Assembly: GCA_043228905.1 (NCBI GenBank)
Contig: JBHGNT010000022.1
Span: forward strand, 9,734,001-9,798,000
Direction: 5' to 3'
DNA length: 64,000 bases
From: Azolla caroliniana
Taxonomy: Eukaryota; Plantae; Polypodiophyta
Numbering within the stretch: position 1 is the first letter of the stretch; the number at the start of each line of letters is the position of its first letter. Made by a program: the position numbers and the translations under genes. Under the pieces are notes generated by a model that made no database searches, was not told where the DNA came from, and saw only the letters and a list, made by a program, of their open reading frames with translations. Positions 27,378-41,821 of this stretch are shown here, piece by piece.

Positions 27378-27910
27378 ATGACCATGACCATGATTCATGC
27401 ATCCTTGATTACATATAGCATCACCCATCATAACTAATGACCATGATTCATGCATCCTTGATTACATGTAGCATCACCCATCACCCATCACTACTCATGA
27501 CCATGACCATGACCATGACCATGACCATGACTATGACCATGATTCATGCATCCTTGATTACATGTAGCACCATCCATCATCACTAATGGCCATGATCCAT
27601 GCATCCTTGATTACATATAGCATCACCCATCACCACTCATGACCATGAGCATGACCATGATTCATGCAATCCTTGATTACATGTAGCATCATCCATCATC
27701 ACTCATGAGCATGACTATGATTCATGCATCCTTGATTACATGTAGCATCATCCATCATCACTAATGACCATGATCCATGCATCCTTGATTACATGCATGA
27801 CCATGGCCATGATTCATGCATCCTTGATTACATGTAGCATCATCATCCATTCATCCATTCATCCATCATCATCCATCATCATCCATCATCATCATCATCA
27901 TCATTCATGA
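27378..27910. repeat. CATG-rich minisatellite (about 8 units) immediately upstream of CLT
   Basis: Core CATGATTCATGCATCCTTGATTACAT recurs at about 27389, 27442, 27538, 27591, 27656, 27716, 27769 and 27808, separated by variable (CATGAC)n and (CATC)n tracts. Confidence 0.92.
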
Positions 27911-28012
27911 TTCTTGATGTTCTGTGTATATCACTCCAGACATGGATCGATGAAGTCTCTGCTGCAAGCAAGCTAACGCTTTCACAGCTCCTGCTGCTTC
28001 ACAGTAAGAGAT

Positions 28013-31000
28013 ATGGTGTGCTCCCCTCCCCCCCCCTCCCTCTCTCTTTCCCCTTCTTCAATCGCCCATCAACACCTGCTTCTTCTCCTTCGTCTCCATA
28101 AGACCCGCTTGATCGGAAATGCAGCTTTTGTTCAAGCAAAACCGCTCCTCCTCAGTTTCGATCGCCCTCCTCCTCGGATTCGAGTGAAGAGATTCTCCCT
28201 CGCAAGCGCTCCTCTTGATGATCAAGGGACCGTGGAACCTGATGCAGAGAAGAGCGGCATGGAGAGTGGATTACCTGTGGGACCAGCGGAGAAAAGCATG
28301 AGAAATGAGAATGCAAATGCATTTGGGCATATGGAGATTGCCCCTGAAAAGCAGGGTAAACAGAATGGAAAGGGAATCGCTGGTAATGGATCGAAAACGG
28401 TGAAGGGAAGCCCAGAGGGAAACGGAGAGGAACCTGTGAAAGCAGATTCAGGTATGGAGACAAATCAAACAGGTTTATCAATGGAGAAAGAAATGCGAAT
28501 CGGAAGGTTATCCTTCTCTCAGAAAGATATGAAAATTGCTGCTGGAGCATCTCTGGTTGTAGTCTTCTATTTGGCCAATAGATTGTTGTACAAAATGGCA
28601 TTGGTTCCAATGAAAGAGTATCCCTTCTTCTTGGCGTTATTCAATACTTTCGGGTAAGCTATTCTTCTTTCTCCTTCTTCTCTGAATCTTGTATCATCAC
28701 TGGACATCTTGGTGTGCTTCCGATTTTTTAATTCTCAGTGCTAGAAAATAATTCTCTCTTAATATTTTATCCAAGAAATGCTAAAGGTGAACAATTGAAT
28801 AAGAATCACAATAACGACAACAAAAAGAACAAAGTGATTTGTGTTGCTGTTTATCCGAATCTTCTGCTGAATAAGAAATGGTGAAGATCGAAATTTTGTT
28901 GCTGATTTGTGTTGTTGCTTATCCGATGCAGCTGTTGATGAAGGAGAAATAGTATGATTCAAACTATGAACTAGATTTTTGTTGTGGTATGTGTTTTTAC
29001 TTATCTGGCGCAGCTGTTGTTGAAGTTGAAGTTGAAATGCTAAGATTGAAATTGTGAACAAGAATTTGCCGCAAAGATAATGCTAAAAAAGTTTTGAGTT
29101 TGCGATTTTAACGTTTTTTAGGTATGCCAACGCAAAGATGAAGAAAGATTTGTGTTTAATCAAGCAAAAGTAAATTGAACAATGAGGAAATCGAAAAACT
29201 TTGAACATGAATTGCAACAACACAGCACATATGGCAGAGGTGTTCTTCATTGCAATTCTTGTTTGAAATTTTTTATCTTATCTTGTTGATTATATTCTGG
29301 TATATGCCAACGCAATCATTTCATCATCTCTGCCCATGCATGCTTGCTGCAATTCTTATCCAGGTTTTTTTATCTTGCAATTGTTCAATTGACTTTTCGG
29401 TATCAAAATGAGAAATCTTTCATCATTTCTGCCATGACTGCTTGTGTTGCAATTCTTGTTCAAGTTTTTAATCTTGTCAATGTTCAATTTACTTTCGGGT
29501 ATGCCAGCACGGACCTTTTATCATCTCTGCTGTGCATGTGCTGCGACACTGCTAGTTCAAAATTTCAATCTGAATGCCATTAAGGAAACATAAACCTTGC
29601 GTCAGTTTTGCAATCAGTGCTCCATTTCTTCTACACATTTTTTGATCTTTATCTTCTTCAATACTTTCGGATGCATAAATATTTTATTGTTCTATGCTTA
29701 TTCTTGCTTTCTGTGTTTGATATAAATCTATCACAATCCCTATATGTTTTTTTGTGGAATTCTTGTTCAAAGTTTTGAAGTTTGGATTACTCAGTGCTTT
29801 TGGGTAATCCTTTCATAAAATTTGTGTGCTTTCTTGTTGAAATTATTGTTCACAAATTTGAGTGTTGCTTCGTCCTTCTACATCACTGTATTGTTTGTTT
29901 TAATAATTGTTCTAACTTTTGGTCTTAGCATGATTCAATGTCATTGGGTAAGAAAACACAAGTCGTATTCAAAGTATTGAGCATTGCTCAAATACTGTTC
30001 AGTAAGCGTTGAGGAAACCTAAATCTTTCATCATCTCTTTGTGCTTTGTCGTTGCAATTCTTTTTCAGAATTCCACGTGTTCAAAATTGGTAAGCAAACA
30101 TAACTATTCTTTCACCGCATCTACATGCTTTGGTGCAATTCTCGCTTAAGATTTGAGCGTTCTTCAATAACTTCCTGTAAACAAACTATATTCTTTCATC
30201 ATCTCTGCATTCTTGTTACAATTCTTGTTGAAGTATAGATCATTGCATTACTGGATACTTTTGAGTAAACATTTACATATCCTTCATGATCTCTGTATGA
30301 TTATTGTGATCCCTATACAACATTTTGGGCAATATTCAATACCTTTGGCTTAATCTTTCATAGTTTCTTTATATTTGTTACAACCCCTGCTCAAAGATAT
30401 GATTTCTTTATCTGCTGAGATACAGATTGGCCTAGTAAATAATTTACATCGTGCTTTGTGATAAAGCACAATCGCATAGGAACAATGGATACAAGTGATT
30501 TGATGGATACAATGTACAAATTAAATAAATGCATAGCTTGAAGATTTAGAATGTCAGTGGATCATCCCATGAATGCCCTCAGAGGATGATTTGACTCTTC
30601 TTTTACTAAGATTTACTGTCAAATTTTTCTGTACAGAAGGACATTAATGCATCCACATGTCTTAGGAGTTTACTGTGAGAGTCTGAAATTATTGCAATGT
30701 CATCTCCGATCATCACAATGCTTCCCCTGTTGATGGTCGGTACAATGGTAGAAAGAAAACTGTCTTTGAAGTCCCTCCTGAGAGTCTGAAATAATCACAA
30801 TATCATCTGAACTCATAACAATGTCTTCCCTCTTAAAGATTGGTACAATGGTATGCTCTGTCCAGCTAGAAGGAAAACCATCTCAGAGCTGTGTTCAAGA
30901 TGTCTTGAAGAAGTGGGTTTGATCCATCATGTCCTTGTGTGTTTTGAGAACTGGAAACAATCCATTGTTCTCAAGATCTGTAGAGTAAAAAATTTGGGAT

Positions 31001-34000
31001 GAACTGTATGGGTAATGGAGGGTGGGCCACCCAGGAGAGTCATAAAGTGCTTTTGCATATTCATTATAGGACTTAGGTGAAGTTTATTGTGTGCTAGATT
31101 GCCTTTCATTAAAGATTTGCCACCTTTCGTTGTTGTGCCCTAGGAACAACCAATATACCCCCGCTTCAATTTTAGCCAAATATGACGTCTTCTTTTTCCT
31201 TACAAGGCATACTCCAAATTCACTTCTTGTTGCTAGTGTCTCTTTGTATTATGACATTCTTCATTCTTCCAACTAATTTGTGTGGTTCTATCGGTGTAAG
31301 TGTTATTCTGCTGTTGTGTTGGAAAGGCATTTTTAGCAACACAATGCAATGATTTTGATGACCATTCCATAGCTCTAGGGAAGCGAAGGATCCAAATCAA
31401 GCATGCCATTGTATACTCCACAAGGCATACCCCAAAATCACTTGTTGCTGGTGCCTCCTTGTATTTTGACATTCTTTATTCTTCATTCTTCCAACTGTTT
31501 CGTGTGGCTCTACCATTGTGAGTGTGCATACCAACGATGGGAAAGACATTTGTAACTCCAAAATGCAATGATTTTGATAACCCTTCCATGGGCTTTAGCA
31601 AAAGCAAGGATCCAAATCAAGCATTTCATTGTATACTCCACAAATATCCAAATCAATGGTCTCTCGAGTAAGTTGGTGTTTAGCATGCGTAATCCCATTC
31701 TTAGCACGTGTGTGCTTTTGGTATCCACCCTCTACCCTGAGTCTACATATGCATGTTTTATTCGAGATATTGAACTCTCTTATCTTGGGTAGAAAGTTTT
31801 CCATATTCTGTTACTTCTCTCAAATCTTGAGCTGGTTGCTTTAGGCCAACTTCTTCTGTTGCAGTTTCTTCATATATGACCTCACTTGTATCAAACAAAG
31901 TTTGTTCATCTGTTCGTAGTGTAGCTTTTGAGGTCCTGTAACAGTATTATATTCCCCATACAAGAAAATCTTACAATATCATCATGTAACAGAACCTGCC
32001 TCTGACTGGCGACCTGTTGTTGTCAATTACCCTGGAGCAGTGAACAGTCCTGGTTATACAATGGTAGTATGCCTTCAGCAAAATAAATTTAAGAGGCATG
32101 GTCACATGCAAGTGTAGGCTTTCCATTACAGGTATCAGATAGGAAAATGACAGGTGTCATTTATATGCTTGGAACTAAAATTTGACCGGTTGAGTCATTC
32201 ATATGTTTAGAACTGAATTTTGGTCCTAGTTCTGAAGACCATCTTATATGAATTCTTGTGATATACGCAGATATGTGCTAGTCTACTTTTCTATTCTGTA
32301 TGTACGGTATCGAGCACATATTGTTACAGATGAGATGCTAAAGCTTCCAAAATGGCGTTTTGTCCTAGTGGGTTTCCTTGAAGCTCTTGGACTTGCATCC
32401 GGGATGGCAGCTGGAGGTAATCCAAGAACTTCATAAATGTATATGTTGAAAAACTCAATTGATTTTAGAGTGAACTAGATACAGTGGGTTAGACATAAAT
32501 GGAGTGCTAGAGTTTTATATCAGTACAAATCCTGCACAGATAGGTGAATGATCTTCGTATGGAAATTATTTTAACTATGATTTTATTCGTGTTCTCTAAA
32601 ACAGCTGTCCTTCCAGGAGCATCGCTGCCTATTTTACTCCAGGTATGTAATTATTTTTTGTACCAATTTCAAACGTTGTTTTTTCTTTTTCCACTGAATA
32701 AGTTGACTAATATGCAAACACAAGAATACATTAAATGTAAGATGACGATAGTATGTGCTATGCACAATCTTACTACTTTTGGTTGGATTTGCAGACCTTT
32801 CTTATTTGGCAACTTATTTTTTCTGCAATATTTTTGAAACGGAGATACTCCCCCTTCCAAATCATTGGATGTGGTCTAGTATTTGCAGGAGTGATCCTTG
32901 CACTCACCAGGTTTGTTGCAGAAAGAACTGGTGCTCTTTGTATATTTCTTCCATTTTCTGTGGATTGGGTACCTTGTGTAGGGATAAAAAGGGAAGTCAC
33001 CACAATTTGGAGCAAATCTCTGCTAATCTTTTATCATGTTTCTGTTTGTTAATTTGGAAAAATGCAACTAACAAAATTCCAAGAACCAAAAAATGTTAGC
33101 ACATTCAATAATGCAAGCAGTTGCTCAAGACCTGGTATTTTTGTTCTGTAGTAATTGCTGACTCGTTAGAGATGTCAATCTCCTTTATCGTTTATGCATG
33201 CTTGTATTTGCACTCTTTGGCAAGTGGGAATTTAGACATGCAACTGCATACTCATACACATTCGTAATCTTGTTTGTTGTAACTGTAACCACATACTCAA
33301 AACATATCTTCTTCTTAGAAAAATATTTTAGTGAAGTATCAAATTAACCTGCCTGAAAATTTTCTCTCTCCAGCACAAGTAATGGTATGCCATTCTCTAC
33401 GGATCAGACACAGTTGTTTTGGCCATTTGTGATGATCTTATCGTCTTCCTTTCAAGCAGCTGCAAGCATAATTAAAGTGAGTATCCTGTACAACTCTTTG
33501 TTTTCAAGAAATTGATCCATTGTTTGACTAATTAATCTAACCTATTATGCATGATCAACTTTATTATGGAACAGTACTAATATGTTATGCACTGCGGAAT
33601 AATGTTGTGGCCAATGAGCTTCGGCTCCCCCTTGCTATGCCTCTCAATGTTTTTCTCAGTAACTACATGGAAATTGTTTCATTGCTGTGTATCTAAATGT
33701 TAAGCAAAGGGTTAATTAAGAGGGAATCTCTTTGGATAATTTAATCTGCTTGACAATGATAAATGAAATATTGTATCAAAATTTTAATTTCGAAACAATC
33801 TTCATCAAAGAATCTCCACCAGACTAGAAGTCACCATATGAAGCAGTTTGCTATTCAAATCATTGCAGGAGCAGAAAGCATAGAAAAAGCAACTTTGAAG
33901 ACTTTTGCTCTACTTTTTCATCTTCATCATCTACTTTTTCATTTTATCTACTTCTCTTATGCAGATGAAGCACATGTCCAGACTTTCTTATTTTATACTC

Positions 34001-36066
34001 AATCTGCAAACTTTTAGGAATCGTTAAATTAAATCTGTAGCATAACAATGTTTTTTTTTGTTAATTTCGAATTTTATGTTGAGTCACTTTTTTATTTGTG
34101 TCTGTTGCAGGAGTTTGTCTTTCGGGATGCAGAGAAACGCTTGCAGGTGTGTGATTTGACATTTACTGAATTTGGATAGAGATGAATATTTTTGATGCAC
34201 TAGTAGTGCTAGAACAGCTGTGTTTGAGAAATGTATTCAAGGTCCACTTTCGTGATATGCTTAGATCTTATATTTCTCTGTAAATAATCATATTTTGCTT
34301 TCGTTCTCTATCTCATAAAACTTCTGGTGATTTTTTTTATGACACTAGGATTATGTTTTGATGAATAGGAATTTACATGTTGTATATGCATAAATAGATC
34401 ACTCTCTTATGGCCAGAGTTCTTAATGACACATCACTATCTGGAGATGTGATAGAAACACACATACTCTTGGGCATGGACAATGTATTATGGATCCCATA
34501 GCATTCTACTGCAAACAATGCATGATCTTTTGAAAAAGCCATATACATTGAGATAGATTTCTGTAGTATAGATTCCCACTTACAGATGCACATTTCAAGC
34601 TCCAGCAAAATAGCACTACATTATGCAGAGTTCTAGTTTTATGTCATGCCATACATATATTTAATAGAGCTATTGCCAACCACATGCTCATTGTCTAAAG
34701 AATATAGGTTTCATACTAAGCCAGATATGAAGATCATTTGCATATTAAGGAAAATTCTCAATGTTTTTACAGGGTGGATCTGTAGATATCTTTGTCGTTA
34801 ACTCTCTTGGATCAGGCTTTCAGGTAGGATACCAAGTTAAAGCAAAAGCATTATAGGGTGTCCCAAAATAAACTCATGTCTATCTGCTACTCTGAGCGTT
34901 TTTTTTGTATTGTACAGTCTCTTTTTGTTTTCCTATTGCTTCCCTTTCTATCTCAAGTACGTGGAATTCCACCGAACAAGCTGCTCAGATATGCAAGTGA
35001 TGGAGCTGGTTGTCTGTTCAATATTGGATCTTATAGTGCAGGTGTTCTTTTCTCCTTTTTCTGGTTTTGCTTTTGTAGTATTTAGATTTGTACTGCATGA
35101 CACATCTTTTAAAATTGGTGAAGCTCTCCTAATGTTTGTAGGAGTTTACATCTCTTCTTAAGATTGCAGTAGCTGATTGGCTGATTTTGACTCTAATTGT
35201 TGCAGAATGTAACAGTGCTACACTGCTGACATTTGGGTATATAGGTGTAAATTTGGCTTTTAACATCTCTCTTTTGTCCTTGCTGAAAAATTCATCTGCT
35301 GTGGTCACTTCACTCTGTACAACACTTGCAGGTATGAATCCCAAAAATTTATTTATTTTCTGCCATTATTTAATACACTGCAGTATGTTTACATCGTGAC
35401 ATATGGTAATAGCCTTCAGATATCCCAATGATTTGGAAAGTATTAATTCAACTTCTTAACTCTAATAAAGTTCATTACTTCTTTTGCTCTTTTTGAGCCT
35501 GTTCCATTTAGCTTTTTGAAAACCCATCAATCCCCTATTTAACCAGCTAGCCATAGTTTGTGCCAATAAGCGGAATTTTGCAGATTATGGAGACATTTGA
35601 ATGATTTGAGAGATCAAAATATTATGGAGTGGTGCAATTTAGGTTGAATAAGATGAGTTTTCTATATGGTGGGAGAGTTTGGATAGGAAATTTCTTAAAA
35701 CTAAAAATTTATATAGATTAGGGAAACAAACAGAACTCAAAGATGGTATAAGATTAATAAAACATGTACAAGGACCTAACCTAATTTCTGTGACACATCT
35801 AGGCTTAAATCCAACATCTATTTGTAGGAAGAATATGTATGATTTTATTCGAATCAGTGTAAATTGATCCAAGTAATGAAACACGATTTATTTTATCTTT
35901 CTTGTATGCAGTGCCACTTTCCATTTACATGTTTACACTTCCACTTCCATTTGTTGGAACACCATCAGCTCTACCCCCTCAATTTCTGCTTGGGACCATT
36001 GTTCTCATCTGTGGCCTCGCTATCTATAATTTTGCAGACCGTCTACGGAAGCAAAAAGTAGAATGA
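28013..36066 (+). CDS. CLT: Chloroquine-resistance-transporter-like plastid thiol transporter (CLT family), 10 exons
   Basis: Exons 28013-28653, 32271-32416, 32605-32642, 32795-32910, 33374-33476, 34111-34146, 34773-34823, 34918-35041, 35206-35331, 35912-36066, all GT-AG. Ser/Pro-rich transit-peptide-like N-terminus; motifs NRLLYKMALVPMKEYPFFLA, GYVLVYFSILYVRYR, GGSVDIFVVNSLGSGFQ, FNISLLSLLKNSSAVVTSL. Confidence 0.92.
30677..30853. repeat. Degenerate tandem duplication (about 103-bp period) in CLT intron 1
   Basis: gagagtctgaaat...ggtacaatggta occurs twice. Confidence 0.75.
31202..31643. repeat. Degenerate tandem duplication (about 220-bp period) in CLT intron 1
   Basis: acaaggcatac...gacattctt and atgcaatgattttgat...aaggatccaaatcaagcat...attgtatactccacaa each occur twice about 220 bp apart. 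Confidence 0.8.
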
Positions 36067-36717
36067 ATGATTTGGTCTTCATTTCTTTTCAATGTAATGC
36101 AGTCATTGGTTCTATTTTGTAAATGTAAACATTACTGATACAACCTCTTATTTAATATTTTTGAAGGAAAACTCTCAGTATTTTGAAAGTACCAAAATGT
36201 CTTAAAAACCGAATGAAAAAGGGCAAATCATCTCCAATCAAGTGTTAATGATGTCTAGGTTACTGTTACATGTTTTTGCTAGCAACTCTTAAAAGAAGTA
36301 ATTGATTCCCCTTATCAAGTGCTAATCACCGTTGATTAGTCACTAAGTAGCAACCATCAAAACACATAAAACATCAATGGCAGTAAAAAACATGTCCATC
36401 AAGTTGGGAATGATTGATTGTTGAGCCTCGATTGATCTTATCCAATGTGAATAACGTTCAATTCAATGCCAATTGCCTCCGACTCAAATTTTAATCACAC
36501 TTTGAAACACTTGCAAATAAAGTAGCTTTTAACAATTTTGTACTAATCATATACATGCTCTAACCAATTGCATTTTAGCAACTAAAACTTATAGATTTGA
36601 AGAAGTTTTCATTAAATACAACATGGTATTCCCAAGAAAGTATAAAATGTGTCACGATCACATTAGTTGTTCATCATGGGTCGCATATTTTAATGCTTAG
36701 AAGATATATGCAACGAA

Positions 36718-36871
36718 AGCCATATCATTACTCTTTAATTGTGAAAGATGAGAATGGAAAATGAAACCCTCATTATTATTGAATATTAGTTTTACGCGGA
36801 GCCATAGTCATTACTCTTTAGTTGTGAAAGATGAGAATGGAAAATGAAATCCTCATTATTATCGAATATTA
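36718..36871. repeat. Tandem duplication (about 82-bp period)
   Basis: agccata..tcattactcttt..ttgtgaaagatgagaatggaaaatgaaa.cctcattattat.gaatatta occurs twice. Confidence 0.85.
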
Positions 36872-38690
36872 ATTTCTCTAGGATGTTGGGATTGAAAAAC
36901 AATAAAGAAAATATCATGTTGAACAAATTGAGTACGAAAGATCACATAGTAGAAAAATATCTCTTTGGCTAGATCCTAAGTATATCTAACCCTAAACCTA
37001 ACTCTTCAACTTTACCAGTAACCTAAATTTCTTAAAAAAGTGAGCCTTATGTCAATAACCTTAATATACCCTAGACCTAAATTTGTAAGTCTATCCCTAA
37101 CCCTAGTTGTAGCTATGAAACCTAACTCTAGCGCTAAGTTCCCACCCAAACTTCACAAAAAGAATATGACTCTTTGTTTGTGGTTTGCTCCTTGTTTAGA
37201 GGAGTTGTGCTTTATCGTTATCTCCTCATCTCACATGTTGTGTAAAACTTATACTTTCATCCTAGCATTAATTGCTTGAAATTCTTAGAGGCTTTGTTAG
37301 TTCAAATTAGGGTTTTATCTTTGTGTGAGGGTGTCTACATATCGCCCAAATAACTAGTGTATAGTTTTTCATCAAGTTTTCACTTTCCCAAATCTAAAAT
37401 ATTAGAGGTGGATGTGCACATGCTCTAGTCTTATATTATATTTGTCTTTTGGCTATGTATTGTTATGCTTCTTATTTATTGTCACAAATCACTATGCCAT
37501 TCTCATTTATTCTCTGCTAAAAGTGAAAGCCTATGGATACATATATGTATGTCATCTTTGATGGTATCGATAAAAATGTCAAATTTACGGACATTAATTT
37601 GTGTGGCATTTAGACATATTCAGATGAAGTGGTTAAGGTCATTGGGTTGTTTGAACTACCTAAATCCATGTATTTCTTTCTTCCTCTTCATTGTTGCAGT
37701 AGCACACAAACTTCCTTATATGTGATGACTTTTGTATGATGGTTTAGGCATGTCAACAGTTTGCAATGAGTTTCCTTGTTATTATTACGTTTGGAAAGCA
37801 TCTCTACAATTTCAAGTCCTTTGTGTTGTGAAAAGTGAATTTATGAAACAATTTTATTATTGGTGGAGTATAAGTACGTACATGAATACACATATCCTTG
37901 CCGCCTGAACTTGTTATAAATAATGAAATGCAAGTGCAAATTGAAAGTTTTAAACATATAAAAGGCAAGTATTGCTACCATCCGTCACTGTTAAAATTGG
38001 AGTTTTAAAGAAGGTACACACGAATCAATAGGTGATGTCTTTGTTTGCACTTGAGCTGGAGCATATGATAACCAACATTGGATAATTTGTTTTTACTATG
38101 GCAAGCCATGCAATCAATGGCTTTGTCACTTTGTTTTTTGTACTCGGGTCTTCGTTCTGCATGGTTGTGAGCATTGTCATAGCCATTCCGGAGACGACAA
38201 ATGAGGCTGTGTCAAATAAGATTTTTGTTTACACATCAATGCCGAAGATGGAGCTTGTAGTCTATTGAAATCGACGAGCACACTTGATGGGTATATGTAT
38301 GTCCAAGTCATTACTTTAGGTTTGCTCTTGATGAGACTTGGGACATATCTTTGTTGCTATCCATTTCCGGTTGAACACCGATTTCTCTTTAATCTTAAGA
38401 GATCAAGTGTTTGAAAGACAAGATCAATATGGAGAGCTTTAAAACCACAATAAATTTTTTTAAAAGGAAATAATTATAATGAGATGATTTTACATATATA
38501 TATATATATAAGAAGAAGGAATAATAACGATGAGAGGAAATAATCAATAATGATTCATGAGAATAATATGAGAGAGAGAAAACAAACCATTAATAAGGGG
38601 GCAAATAAAATAATCGAATAAGTTAATTCAATAAAGCTTGTGACGAGATAATTAAGTTAATGAATTTAATTACAATTAGAATAAATGTAA

Positions 38691-38763
38691 GCGCCTGTAG
38701 CTCAGTGGATAGAGCGTCTGTTTCCTAAGCAGAAGGTCGAAGGTTCGACCCCTTCCTGGCGCG
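38691..38763 (+). tRNA. trnR-CCT: tRNA-Arg (anticodon CCT)
   Basis: Full cloverleaf: acceptor stem GCGCCTG/CTGGCGC, D-arm GCTC/GAGC, anticodon stem TCTGT/GCAGA with loop TTCCTAA, T-arm GAAGG-TTCGACC-CCTTC. Confidence 0.96.
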
Positions 38764-41754
38764 TCTTTCATATTTGTTTATATATATATATATCTTCTTC
38801 GTTAAGAACATTTCTCTCTCTCAAAAGACACAAGAGCTACTCGTGTGTGCTTGCTTGTTGTAACTCTTTTTCTTCTTAATCATGGGCCTTCTTTTACACT
38901 TAGACACACTAACTAGCATTTCTCATCGTAAATCTTCGTCACTGTGGGGCTTTCTTACACTTACAACCCCCCCACTCCAAAGCTTCAAGGCTACTTGTCA
39001 TTGTGTTATTTATTTGGAGGATGCACGAGCGAGTGAGCAAGAAAGAATATGTGTGTGGTGTGTGGTATTGATTTGGCTCGACAATCATTGCATAAAGCTT
39101 TTTAATGGATTTCGCCACTTAAATTGAGGTCTAGGTTGGGCATATGTAATCCTTGGAGGGTCTCTTCGTATGTTTCCCGGTATTTCCACTTCTTCTAAGA
39201 GGGGTGAACGCGTGCTACCTGATCGACTAGGACTTTCTTGTGAACCTTTGCTAGTAAGGAACATGTGACATCCTTTTACCCTTATCAACTCAAACTCCGT
39301 GTCTAGTTAGAACTATGCCTCTACCTAATGTTTATTATCTTCTATAATGGATCTATTTCAAGGAACATGGCTTTGGACCTTTTCTCATTTAGTAATTGAA
39401 GAAACCATGTATCTATCTCCTTTTCTATGGCTTTAACACTTGTAAGATTTCAAATTTGTTATGTGCTAGCATTCTAATGTCATACTTGTGCTAACTTACT
39501 CATGCATTATAGTTGCTTGTCAAATGTAATTGGTTGGTATGGTTACTTTGGTTTAGGGATTTCTGTTTGTATGATCGTGCTCAACCAACCTCAATATGTT
39601 TTGTTTTGTTTTGCAAACACCTCATGGATGGGTAACATTTTTTTGCGCCATCTTCGATCAACGGGTTTGAGTTTAAATGTGTTTGCCCAAGATGCTTATC
39701 CTTTTGACATTTTTTGTCTAGAGCTTAGGCGGTTACTTCAATTACACGCATGTGGTCACTTTGTCTAGGAGAGAACATTATCCAAATATCCAATAGCTTT
39801 ATTGAAGTTGTACTATTGTGGCCAAGACTCAATGTCCCTCTAAACATTCTAACTCTTTTATTATTTAAAAAGAATCTTTACATTCCTTAACTGATGATTG
39901 GCTAGTACTTACCTCAGTTGGTGGGTGTGACAGAAAAACAAAAATCAAGTGATTAGCTAGTACTTACCACACATGGCTAGTGTTTACTCCTTTGGGGTGC
40001 CTTGAATGTCCACTTTCTTTTGTGTCGCCTCTTTACTCTCTTGAAACACACCTCTTTGCTTTTGGATCTTATGAAAAGCTTACTAATGATTTCGAAGGAC
40101 ACACTCATCCCTAATAACAATGTCAAATTAGATATGTCGATTCTAGGTGTCTTACACTAAGCACATGGCTTTTGCTCAATTGGAGTTGTATCTCCCTATT
40201 AAGGTCATATTGTGGGATCGAATCACCATTTACCCTATTGTTGGCGTATAATGAAGTTGTTTGGATGGTCGTCTACATTGGGTTGCATCTTGTAGTTAAT
40301 GAGATGGTTGTAACACTATTTATTAGTCATTGACAGGAAGTTGGTTGATAGAGTTTATGCGCGAGGATTGATTCATCCCATTTGTAATGATAGAGGTTGT
40401 GCACGAGGTTGATCGAAGGGGGGGTTGGTGGCAAACGGGATTTTTAAAGTGGGTTGTAGATATCATGAACTTGTATGTGGTTTGAGCTTACAATATTGCT
40501 TTTTCTTCACACACTATGTTGAAGTTATGCACCATTATGAGAGGAAATCACATCGCTTAAAAAAATCCATACAACTTAAATTCAATGATTGATTCATGCA
40601 CTCACTCGCAAATAATATCGATATTTTGTTTGGACGATGGCTCCCTTGTGCAACGTCAAATCCACGTTGTTCGACGATCGATTCATGTGCTAGTAGTAAC
40701 TTAGTAAGATCATCATTCTTTTGTGTTTGGTTCATGTAATATTTGATTTGAACATCAAAAGGGCATCTAGAGTTCCTTGGTGTTAGTTGCCTCTTCACAT
40801 ATGTTTGAGATACTAACCCTTTGACACCCTCCTTGATGATAGTAATAATCAACCGAATGCTTCAGGGGGACCAAATTCCATTTACTTGGCTTTCATCGAC
40901 AACCATGCACATTATTGATATTCAATCAGAAGTATTCTGCAAACGTTGGCATGGTGCACCTGGATTTGAGTATGTCTTAACTTTGCGGGTTACTGTCCAT
41001 TAGGATCTTTCGCTCCTCTGCATTTTGACAAGCTAGTATGCATGTCTATTACATTCACGTGTATGAGCAAAATATTTATGATTGTAGCTTCCGTGGTACG
41101 TGGGGTCCGACACAGATCATGTTCTTCAAAAGGCATGCATGCAATCCCCGAAGTCATTTACACAAATTTGGGAATGGAATTGAATGGATTTGAATTGAGC
41201 GAGCGAGTGTGTTTAGTTTTAATCTCATATCAAACCATTAGAAGAAGTATCATTTAAGCAATTCAATAATACAAATAATGTGAAAAAGAAAATACAAAAA
41301 ATGCATTATATATATAGATATATATACATATGAATGAATATATATGAATAATATTATATATATGAGGAATAAAAGAAAAGAAATGAGATAATTCAAGAAA
41401 AAGGAATATGTATGTATGTATGAATGTGTTGGTCAAAATTTGAGATACATAATACATACAGTAAATTAAAATAAAAAAAAAAACAGGAAAAAAGAAGAAG
41501 AAGAAGGTGGAAAAAAACAAAAAAACAAAAAGAAGAAGAAAAGAATTAAAGTGAAGTAATAAAGTAAAGTAAAAGATTAAAAATAAAAAAAATAAAAAGA
41601 ATAAAAATTTCTCTGTCTGTCTGTCTGTGTATGTGTCTTCTTCTTCTTCATCTTCTTCTTCTTCTTCTGTTTTGGTGGAGATCGTCGTGCTGAGCAGAGA
41701 AGGCCGAAGGCAGGAAGACAGACAGAAGGAACGGAGATCAGAAGACACAAGACA

Positions 41755-41821
41755 GAAGAAGAAGAAGAAGAAGAAGAAGAAGAAGAAGAAGAAGAAGAAG
41801 AAGAAGAAGAAGAAGAAGAAG
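41755..41821 (+). repeat. (GAA)n microsatellite in the MNS3 leader region
   Basis: About 22 perfect GAA units just upstream of the ATG. A similar tract precedes the SF3A2 ATG (about 20410-20460). Confidence 0.95.

Noticed and set aside
27378-27910. CRISPR-like appearance (constant core with variable spacers)
   Set aside because: Spacers are low-complexity variants of one another, the context is eukaryotic and no cas genes are present. It is a minisatellite.
36985-37110. CCCTAAA-like telomeric motifs
   Set aside because: Only isolated degenerate units, not an array.
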